This document shows positions 36,927-44,657 of a stretch of DNA of 64,000 nucleotides, piece after piece. Origin of the DNA: an uncultured Planctomycetales bacterium (GTDB lineage: Bacteria; Omnitrophota; Gorgyraeia; Zapsychrales; JANLHA01); the NCBI GenBank assembly GCA_964489065.1, contig CAZAXH010000009.1:7616-71615 (forward strand). Direction: 5' to 3'. The notes below the pieces were generated by a model. That model worked only from the letters and a program-made list of their open reading frames with translations. It was not told where the DNA came from and did not search any database. The position numbers and the translations under genes were made by a program. Position 1 is the stretch's first letter; each line of letters begins with the position of its first letter.

Positions 36927-36992
36927 TCAAGCGAGCCCTATTTCTCCGCAAAAAACTGTGGTGTCGGGCTCTAATTCACTCTGGCAACCCAT
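36927..36992 (-). CDS. candidate 21-aa peptide (MGCQSELEPDTTVFCGEIGLA) immediately upstream of a SPASM radical SAM gene; speculative
   Basis: ATG with AAGGGG 5 nt upstream. It lies on the same strand in the 177-nt gap between the PHP gene stop and the radical SAM start. It is a short ORF only, with no homology claim. Confidence 0.15.
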   Translation of the reverse strand: MGCQSELEPDTTVFCGEIGLA

Positions 36993-37037
36993 GGGAGCCC
37001 CTTGTGAATCCACCTCCCCATCCTATACAATTCCCGC

Positions 37038-37937
37038 TCACAGGCAATCTTTACCGACAAAAAAGGCTCCTCTATCGGGTTCCAGGAAAACCTTGTTTTC
37101 TTCTTCATAACGGCTGATATCATCCCTCGCGTGCAGGCGCCGCGTCGCGCAGTCCCAGCACAGATAGTGCCCGTTACAGCAGGCCACGCGCGCCACCTCG
37201 ATCTTGCCGCACTCGCTACAACGAAATCTTTTCTTAAAAACCCGAACCCGCATCGATTTGCCACACACCAGGCACAACGTAGCATGAAGAGCACACGGTT
37301 CCAGGTCTCGGTATTTCAAAAAATTCTTCATGATAAACTTAAACGGCAAAGGGAGCGGTTTTCCGGAAACCCTGGTCCGGCCCCTCCGGATCGCGTCCAG
37401 GATTTCCTCCGGGCGATCGGCCAGGACTTCCGTGTACCCCTGTCCGATAAACGACGCGTCCGTTGTGTCCGTTCCCCCGACATGAGCCAAAGGCAGCCCC
37501 CGCGCCAGGTAACGGGCCAGCAGGTTATAAACGCCCACGGAACCAAGCGCCGCGTTGTAAACCTCCACCGCGTCAAAAGGCAGACGACGGATTCTCCCAC
37601 CCAATCCAAGATGCAAATACGGGTGAACCGCGACCGCGAGCCCCCCCTGGGCATGGATTTGAGCGAGGGTCTCTTCCACACTCAGGAAGTCCTGAATCTT
37701 CCTTTTTATCCCCAAGGCGATCACGTGCCCGGCTGCCGTCCATATTTCCTGCCCAACAAGGATGACAAATTCCGGGAGCTTTTCCTGCAGCCAAACGGCG
37801 TGCGTGACGTTAAAAAAATTCGTGACTGCGAGCCCGTCCATGCCGCTCCGCCGCAGGCTCTCTTTGAGCTGAAACTCGTTCATAAACGTACGGCCGAACG
37901 ATTGGGTGTGTGTATGCAAATCGAGTTTAAAAGACAT
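37038..37937 (-). CDS. PHP-domain metal-dependent phosphoesterase with C-terminal zinc-ribbon
   Basis: N-terminal LDLHTHTQSF...GLAVTNF (PHP motif I/II). C-terminal CLVCGKS...CSECGK...CCNGHYLCWDC Cys cluster. Confidence 0.65.
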   Translation of the reverse strand: MSFKLDLHTHTQSFGRTFMNEFQLKESLRRSGMDGLAVTNFFNVTHAVWLQEKLPEFVILVGQEIWTAAGHVIALGIKRKIQDFLSVEETLAQIHAQGGLAVAVHPYLHLGLGGRIRRLPFDAVEVYNAALGSVGVYNLLARYLARGLPLAHVGGTDTTDASFIGQGYTEVLADRPEEILDAIRRGRTRVSGKPLPLPFKFIMKNFLKYRDLEPCALHATLCLVCGKSMRVRVFKKRFRCSECGKIEVARVACCNGHYLCWDCATRRLHARDDISRYEEENKVFLEPDRGAFFVGKDCL

Positions 37938-39043
37938 TAATCCTCTTTCTCCCGGGGATCCGCCTTACGGCTCCGCCAGGCAATCTGCGCCATTTCCCAA
38001 AAAATTTTCGGATAAGACCGAGGCGAAAGCATGAGCGTGTTGGACATGGGCAGGCCCCAGTGACAGGTACAGTCCTCCCTCTTCATCCTCCGACGGAACT
38101 GTTTCATCTCCTCCGAAGCAAGGATTTGTTTCAGGTCATAGCCGTTAGACCTCAACTGCCCGACGGGCTCCCACAAGGGTTCGCACGGGAACACGGTTCC
38201 GGTCTCGTTGATGACAACGACCGCCCGGCCCGCCCGGCAGATTTTATGCATATCTTTGCGTTCCAAAATATCCTTCAGCAAATCATTCTTGGCGGCCCGC
38301 AACGCCATGGTGAAAATGGAATGAACATCCGTCACCCGGCGGGCTCGGGCCCGCGACCGCAGCCGCCCGCAAAAACGGAAATACTTCTCCCAGCCAAAAC
38401 GCATCGCCTCGGCGTTACAGACGCTCCCGTGGGCGACAGAAAAAACGACCCGGTCGAATTCGGGAAAATCATTCCGGAGGATTTCAAACAGCGGCTCCAT
38501 GTGGTCCTGGTTATAGGCGGAATAGACCACACACGCCTTCAAGCGGAAATTCCGGTACCGTTTTCTTAACGGCACCAGCATCCGGTATGTCTCCCGCACC
38601 TTCTTAAACCCATCTTTAAGGCCACGGATTTCATCATGAATCTCCGGCGGGCCATCAATGGAAAGCTGTGTGTCCACGATCATATTCGGACAGGCCCGCG
38701 CAATTTTTTCAATCTGGGACGCCACCCGGTCCGGGAAAAAGGCGTTGGTCGGCAGATCAACGACGGCCGGAGAACAATGACGGTATAAAATTTCAACAAT
38801 ATGGTACAAGTCCGGCCGGAGGAACGGTTCCCCTCCGGAGATCCCCAGCACGTTGATCAAAGGGATCCTGCGGGCAATCTTTTCATATTCGTCAAGAGTC
38901 AGTTCATCTTTAGCGGCGTTGCTGTCCATGTTCTCTCTGTAAAAACACATTTTGCACGCCGCGTTGCAGCGGGCCGTGACAAAAAAGATCATGTAAGAAG
39001 GCCAGCGGCCGGTTTTTAAAAGACGGGTCAACAGAGACGGCAT
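37937..39043 (-). CDS. radical SAM enzyme (SPASM/twitch-type C-terminal domain)
   Basis: FFVTARCNAACKMCFY (CxxxCxxC), GISGGEPFL, and a C-terminal FPCEP...CTCHWG Cys cluster. Its stop overlaps the PHP start. Confidence 0.7.
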   Translation of the reverse strand: MPSLLTRLLKTGRWPSYMIFFVTARCNAACKMCFYRENMDSNAAKDELTLDEYEKIARRIPLINVLGISGGEPFLRPDLYHIVEILYRHCSPAVVDLPTNAFFPDRVASQIEKIARACPNMIVDTQLSIDGPPEIHDEIRGLKDGFKKVRETYRMLVPLRKRYRNFRLKACVVYSAYNQDHMEPLFEILRNDFPEFDRVVFSVAHGSVCNAEAMRFGWEKYFRFCGRLRSRARARRVTDVHSIFTMALRAAKNDLLKDILERKDMHKICRAGRAVVVINETGTVFPCEPLWEPVGQLRSNGYDLKQILASEEMKQFRRRMKREDCTCHWGLPMSNTLMLSPRSYPKIFWEMAQIAWRSRKADPREKED

Positions 39044-39044
39044 G

Positions 39045-39863
39045 TCATTTCTCCTTCGGAACCGCCCGGTAAGCCGCAGTCTTCAAGAAGAAACGGATCG
39101 GGAGCAGCCGGGCCACGAAAGCTTTGGCGGCATTGGGCCAGTCGGTCAGGACCCGGACCTTGTTTTCCGTTAAGCCTTTTAACCCGATCCGGGCGACATC
39201 CTTGGGGTCGGACGCGCTATGCCAGTGCTGCACTGCCCCGCCGGTCGCCCGGGATAAAAACCGGCTATGCGTCCGGCCGGGGTAAAGCCCGGTGACATGG
39301 ACGCCGTGCGGCAGCATTTCCTGGTGCAGGGCGTCGGTCAGCCCGATGATAAAATGTTTCGTCGCCGCGTACACGGCCGAGCCGGGGATCGTGTAAAACG
39401 AAACGACCGACCCGACGTTTAAGACCCCGGTTCCGGAACGACCTTTCATCACAGGCAAAAAACTCCGGCACAGGAGGACCACGGCGTCTATATTGACCTT
39501 TAACATGGACAGCCCGGTTTCCTCCGGCATGGAAATAAAGTCCCCCATATATCCGAATCCGGCGTTATTGATGAGAATATCCACCTGATGGCGGCTCTGG
39601 ACGGCCCGGCACATCTCGCGGACTTTCTGTTCCTCTCCCAAATCAAAACAACAGGTCTCCATAACCGTCTGCCGCGCCGGCTGGTCCAGTTCGGATTTCA
39701 GGGACGACAGCGCCTCCTGACTGCGTCCGCAAAGAATCAAACGGCTGCCGCAGGCCGCCAGAATGCAGGCCATCTCCCTCCCGATCCCCGCTGTCGCACC
39801 GGTCAAGAGCACTGTTTTACCCCTGTACCATTCTTTCCAGTTATGGTTTTGAGTTCGAGCCAT
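39045..39863 (-). CDS. short-chain dehydrogenase/reductase
   Basis: KTVLLTGATAGIGREMA...NNAG...YAATKHF (TGxxxGIG, NNAG, YxxxK). RBS AAGGAGAA lies 5 nt before the ATG. Confidence 0.8.
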   Translation of the reverse strand: MARTQNHNWKEWYRGKTVLLTGATAGIGREMACILAACGSRLILCGRSQEALSSLKSELDQPARQTVMETCCFDLGEEQKVREMCRAVQSRHQVDILINNAGFGYMGDFISMPEETGLSMLKVNIDAVVLLCRSFLPVMKGRSGTGVLNVGSVVSFYTIPGSAVYAATKHFIIGLTDALHQEMLPHGVHVTGLYPGRTHSRFLSRATGGAVQHWHSASDPKDVARIGLKGLTENKVRVLTDWPNAAKAFVARLLPIRFFLKTAAYRAVPKEK

Positions 39864-40158
39864 TGTGTTCTCCTTGAATTTTCCTCTTTCCCCATTCCTT
39901 GTTAAAACCGTTGCGTTACCCTTTTATTCGAAAACCCGCCTGGCCGCCATTATTCCGTTGCCCGGAGAAAGGAGACAAAACGCGGGGTCCGGGCAGCAAC
40001 GCCGTCCCAACAAAGTCATTCCACAAAATTCCCCGGTAAACCCGAATCGATATAAAAAAATCCCGCTCCTTCCCGATTTCCCGAATAAGCGGCTCAAGAA
40101 AAAAACAGGCCATAATACAAAAGACCAGCGACAGGAATAAAATTTTAAACAAGGTTGA

Positions 40159-41100
40159 TTAGGACAACCCCTTCTTCTTGCGATAGTGCATAATAAAAAG
40201 CATCAAATCTTGATTCAGATGAAGACGCAACTCTTCCTCATAATATTTTTTTGGCCTAAGGCCTTTTTCCCGCATTAAAGTCATAATGGCAGAATCCCGG
40301 GCGGCATTCTGCCCGTGACCCAACCCCTGCCAGCAGAGACTCCGGTAAGAATAGGCTTCCAAGTTTTCTGGATCCGCCAAAATGGTTTGGCTGAAATACT
40401 TCACCGCCTCAACGTATTCCTTATTTAAATGATGAATCAATCCGGCATAATACAGAAAGCCCGGACTCCGGGGATAATTTTCCAACCCCATCATCACCAC
40501 TCGCTTCGCGAAGGGATACTGGCCAAGCTGATAATAACTTTTGACTAACGCAAAGACAAGCCGTTCTTCATCATACCGGGCCCGGGAAATCACCCTCTGC
40601 AAAAGCTGGGACAGGACCGCATCCCCGTTGGTATTCAATTTCCCCTCCGCGGCCATGATCGTGGGCATCAATTCCGTCATCAGGCGAAGGCTGTGGTTAA
40701 GACTTTTAATGGCTTCGGCATACCGGCCCTGCTCATACAAAATCATGCCCTGATCCCAGTATAAAGAATAATTAAAAGGATCCGCCTGAATCGCGCGAGC
40801 ATAAGACGACAAAGCCCCGGCATAATTTTCCTGATAATAGTAACAAAACCCCAGGGAGCCGTGCAAAAGGCCGCTTTCCGGGGATAAATGCGTTAGCCAG
40901 GAATAATAATGAACCGCCAGCCGGAACATCCGGGAGTCATAATCCGCCTTTCGGGTTTCAAACTTCATCAAATACGGCTCAACTATGTTCTTTTCGTAGT
41001 TGATACAATTGATCAAAAACTGCTCCTGGTCGACAGACATCGCCGCCAGCAATATACCCCCCAGGCAGGGGACAATCATACGCTGATAGAATATCCTCAT
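40159..41100 (-). CDS. TPR-repeat protein
   Basis: Multiple 34-aa W-LG-Y-A-F-P type helical repeats (AIQADPFNYSLYWDQGMILYEQGRYAEA and others) in 313 aa. Confidence 0.6.
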   Translation of the reverse strand: MRIFYQRMIVPCLGGILLAAMSVDQEQFLINCINYEKNIVEPYLMKFETRKADYDSRMFRLAVHYYSWLTHLSPESGLLHGSLGFCYYYQENYAGALSSYARAIQADPFNYSLYWDQGMILYEQGRYAEAIKSLNHSLRLMTELMPTIMAAEGKLNTNGDAVLSQLLQRVISRARYDEERLVFALVKSYYQLGQYPFAKRVVMMGLENYPRSPGFLYYAGLIHHLNKEYVEAVKYFSQTILADPENLEAYSYRSLCWQGLGHGQNAARDSAIMTLMREKGLRPKKYYEEELRLHLNQDLMLFIMHYRKKKGLS

Positions 41101-41159
41101 GGTTTTTATTATATAAAACCTGCTTAATTCCTGGTTTCACGCGAGAGGGCCTAAAACCT

Positions 41160-42233
41160 TTAAATGAAATTCACATGATCATCGTTGAGATCAAGATAAT
41201 CATTGATCAGCTTATTCCTCTGGTCAAAAACACAATGATGGCGGCATTCTGACGCGGCGTCGAATGTCTGGAACCGTTTGCGCGCAGCTTCACTGAACCA
41301 TATCTCCTTAAACCGCTGCGTGTTCAGGTCACCGAGTTCTCCGCCGGGCGTATAAGCTTTGTCATGGCACAGGTAAACGTTCGCGTCCGCCGCCACCACG
41401 GTCACGATTTGCTGGATGGGACAGCGGCTGTACCCGCGCCGACATAACGTGTTCATTTCAAAATCATGTTCGTATTTGTTGATGACTTTAAAACTTCCGT
41501 CCTCCAGCTCATCTTGGGCTCTCTGAATATCACGGATGACCTGTGCCTTAAAAGGCTCGTGCACAGTGTCCAGATTATCAGCCACCATGGCCGTCACTTT
41601 AATATGGTTCGCGCCCAGGTCCTTAACCAGCCGGGCCATTGCGGTTACCTGCCCGGCGTTAACCGGCGTCACCACAAAATTGACCCCCAGCTCACACTTT
41701 GGATTCTTAATCCGGGAAAAATTTCTGATGTTGTCACAAATCTCATGGAAGCAGGATGCGGGAATACCCCGGATCTTGGCGTAAAGCGACGCCTCACAGC
41801 TGTCCATCGAGATCCGAACCCATTTCGCCTGAGCCAGGACACAGGCACTCTGGTCTTTCAGGAGTTGTCCATTGGTGATGACCGACAGGTCTACGCCACC
41901 ATCCAGCAGCATGGCCATGGCCTCGTTGATGCGCGGGTACAACAAGGGCTCCCCGCCGCCGCTGAACGTGATCGCCTTGACTCCCATCTGAAGGATATCT
42001 TCCACCAGGGCCATCATAATCTCATACGGGAGTTTGTCCTGATAATTAAAACGTGTACGCAGCTTGAGGTCCTGGTCATGATAACTGCAGTACGAGCAGT
42101 GGTGATTACACGCGTTAATGGGTTTAATGCGCATATAGACCGGCGGCGTGACCATGTTATTGCGGATCGCTTCCAGCTTTTCGGCATGCCGGAAAATTTT
42201 CAGATAACTGTATGGGCTGATTTTCTGACTCAT
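41160..42233 (-). CDS. radical SAM enzyme with SPASM-type C-terminal domain
   Basis: INACNHHCSYCSY (CxxxCxxC), FSGGGEPLL, and a C-terminal CRRGYSRCP...YLCHDKAY...CRHHC Cys pattern. Confidence 0.7.
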   Translation of the reverse strand: MSQKISPYSYLKIFRHAEKLEAIRNNMVTPPVYMRIKPINACNHHCSYCSYHDQDLKLRTRFNYQDKLPYEIMMALVEDILQMGVKAITFSGGGEPLLYPRINEAMAMLLDGGVDLSVITNGQLLKDQSACVLAQAKWVRISMDSCEASLYAKIRGIPASCFHEICDNIRNFSRIKNPKCELGVNFVVTPVNAGQVTAMARLVKDLGANHIKVTAMVADNLDTVHEPFKAQVIRDIQRAQDELEDGSFKVINKYEHDFEMNTLCRRGYSRCPIQQIVTVVAADANVYLCHDKAYTPGGELGDLNTQRFKEIWFSEAARKRFQTFDAASECRHHCVFDQRNKLINDYLDLNDDHVNFI

Positions 42234-42377
42234 AGGAAGACCTCTTGTGACCCGTTGCGCTGTGTCACCCCGAGTTTATCCGGGAGCCCCCTTCTTGTCA
42301 ATGTTTGTTTACCAAGGGCTGAATAAAAAACGCCTCCGGGGCTGATCAGCTGAATTCGATTCCCCTGATTTTTGTTC

Positions 42378-44516
42378 TCATTTTCTCCGCCGCAGGGCAA
42401 CCAGGTATTTCCCTGTCACGACCGGCGTATAATGCTTGCGCAGATACTGCACGACTAAATACAAATCCGGATAGTGCGTGTAATAAATGGCCGGGAGCCC
42501 CCCCGCGAACAATTTCTTCTCGATAAAAACAAGCGGCGGCTTCTCTTCGTCAAGCTGACGTAAAACTTTCTGCAGGCGCTCCAAGGTAATGAGATCCGTC
42601 CCGCCGAAATCCAGCTGATCCATGGCCCGGGGCGTAATCAGCCGGAAATAATAAAAAAACGGCTTGCGGTCAGCCTGGATCAGGGTGGCCGTATCCCAGG
42701 CGCTGATCAGGCAGACTTTGTCATCAGGGCCGGTCATCCGGCGGATCAGGTCAACGTCTTTAGGCGAGATAAAATGCGCCTTTTGCGCCGCGGCAAAGGT
42801 TTCTCGCCGCTCGCTATAAGAAATCCCGGATATGTTCCATAACCGGGGATAATTGATAAACCCCTGATCCGTGACCATGAGCAGGGTCCAGACAAGCAGG
42901 CCGCCGGCCGCGATCACCCGCCGCCGGGGCGGTGGCAACAGGGACAGGGCCACATAAAACCAATACCCCGACACCATGACAAAAGGCACGATAACCGCGT
43001 AAAAGCTCGTCGGCCCCGAACGGCAGACATAATAATGATACACCCCCAGCCCGTAGACACTCCAGACGACAGCCAAAATGTTGCGCGGATGCGCGGCCCG
43101 CAGGAAAACCAGAACGGCCACAAAAGCACAGGTCAGGATATACACCAAAGGCACCAGCAGGCCGAGAAAGAAGTTAAAAAACTGCCGGTCCTGTAATGCG
43201 GTGCTGATCGGCAAAGGCCCGAACCCGCCGGTAAAGAGACGAATCATCTCTCCCGTGTTCTGCCAGAATTCGGGCTGGAACGCCTGCTTCCCGATTAATA
43301 AATACAGGCCGGACGCCAAGACAAGCCACGGGACAAAAATAAGACTCAGTCCGAACATCCATGCCGCGCGGGAGGGGAACAGCCTTTCCCGGCACGCTGG
43401 GACAAGCATGGTCAGGAAAAGATACGCGTAGAATGCAAGCAGCAGGTATAACCCGGTATCGCTGAGATAACACAAAGCCACGCCGGAAAACAGCGCCGCG
43501 GCGGCAAGAAATTTTTTGCCGCCGGTTTGAACATGCCGGACCAGCATCAGAAAAAAGATGCTGTCCCAGAAATAGCGGATGATCGTCGCGCTGGGGGTCT
43601 GCCATATAAAATGCTGCGGCCCGTGCGAAAATAAATGCAGCTTGAGCATGACCAAGACCGCTCCAAATGCCAAAAGGGGATTCCGGAACCACAGGCAAAG
43701 CGCCCCGTAACTGATCGCGAAATACACAACAGCCACCCCCATCAAAACACCCAGGACCGAAGTATACTCAAACCCGCCGCAGGCCCGCGCCAAGATGGCC
43801 AGCACCGCCGGCATGCCCACCCCGTAAGCGCTGATCGTGTCCACGTTTAAAACATTGCCCTTCAGAAAAGCCCAACCCGGCGACATAACAAAAGAGTCCA
43901 GGTGGATGTAATTATCCGTGATGCACGTTAACGCCACGTCCGGCGGGACATACACAATAAGGAAAATTATCGACACGGCCAGGGCATGCCCCCAAACGCG
44001 GAAGGCCGGAGAGATACGGCCAAGCATTCGCTCCATTCCCCCGCAGGAAAAGCTCCGCTTGCAGAAAGGCCAGCAGACTTTAATCCCGATACAACACAGC
44101 AATACAAGAATAAAGAAAACCTGCAGAAAACGGACCGGTCCGTACACCGTCAGTTTGAAGGCGAACAGCAACAGGACAGCCAGCAGCGCGGTTTCCGTGC
44201 AAGCGTAACGGCGCAGAGATGAGCCCAGGTCTCCAGAAGACAATTTCCGGCGGAACAGGAACACCCCCGCCGCTTGAAGGCCGAGCACAGCCAAGACAAA
44301 CATCCGGTAAAAAAACATTTCCCGCTCCGGGGAAAAAAGGTTTTTATACGGGCCCAAAACCGTGAAAGTGGCGTCCTCAGGCACCGGGACAAAATGGAAA
44401 GCGAACGTGAGCAGCGCCAGCGCCTGACATCCCAGCGCAACCGCGATCATGGTAATATAAAAAACATTCCTGATCTGCGGCGTGCACTGCTTCTTTATGT
44501 CGTCTTTAAAAAGCAT
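42378..44516 (-). CDS. large polytopic membrane protein (about 15 TM) with C-terminal soluble domain; possible glycan polymerase/GT-C-like
   Basis: 712 aa, hydrophobic throughout except the last ~170 aa. No diagnostic motif recognised. Confidence 0.4.
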   Translation of the reverse strand: MLFKDDIKKQCTPQIRNVFYITMIAVALGCQALALLTFAFHFVPVPEDATFTVLGPYKNLFSPEREMFFYRMFVLAVLGLQAAGVFLFRRKLSSGDLGSSLRRYACTETALLAVLLLFAFKLTVYGPVRFLQVFFILVLLCCIGIKVCWPFCKRSFSCGGMERMLGRISPAFRVWGHALAVSIIFLIVYVPPDVALTCITDNYIHLDSFVMSPGWAFLKGNVLNVDTISAYGVGMPAVLAILARACGGFEYTSVLGVLMGVAVVYFAISYGALCLWFRNPLLAFGAVLVMLKLHLFSHGPQHFIWQTPSATIIRYFWDSIFFLMLVRHVQTGGKKFLAAAALFSGVALCYLSDTGLYLLLAFYAYLFLTMLVPACRERLFPSRAAWMFGLSLIFVPWLVLASGLYLLIGKQAFQPEFWQNTGEMIRLFTGGFGPLPISTALQDRQFFNFFLGLLVPLVYILTCAFVAVLVFLRAAHPRNILAVVWSVYGLGVYHYYVCRSGPTSFYAVIVPFVMVSGYWFYVALSLLPPPRRRVIAAGGLLVWTLLMVTDQGFINYPRLWNISGISYSERRETFAAAQKAHFISPKDVDLIRRMTGPDDKVCLISAWDTATLIQADRKPFFYYFRLITPRAMDQLDFGGTDLITLERLQKVLRQLDEEKPPLVFIEKKLFAGGLPAIYYTHYPDLYLVVQYLRKHYTPVVTGKYLVALRRRK

Positions 44517-44657
44517 TTCGTTTCGTTCTATTAAAAATTTTTCCGCTTTTTGTTCTTATTATATTTTTCATGTCTTTTTATGACCGGAAGTTAAGAAAGA
44601 AACCTGAATGGCTTCTTTCTTTTAATTTTCATTAACTCAAACCTACATTCCTTCCTG

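Noticed and set aside
39916-40152. 78-aa minus-strand ORF (TTG start) in the 295-nt gap; a 91-aa plus-strand ORF lies at 39865..40140.
   Set aside because: Neither has an RBS. The TTG start lies 6 nt after the preceding stop with no Shine-Dalgarno. They are treated as non-coding leader.
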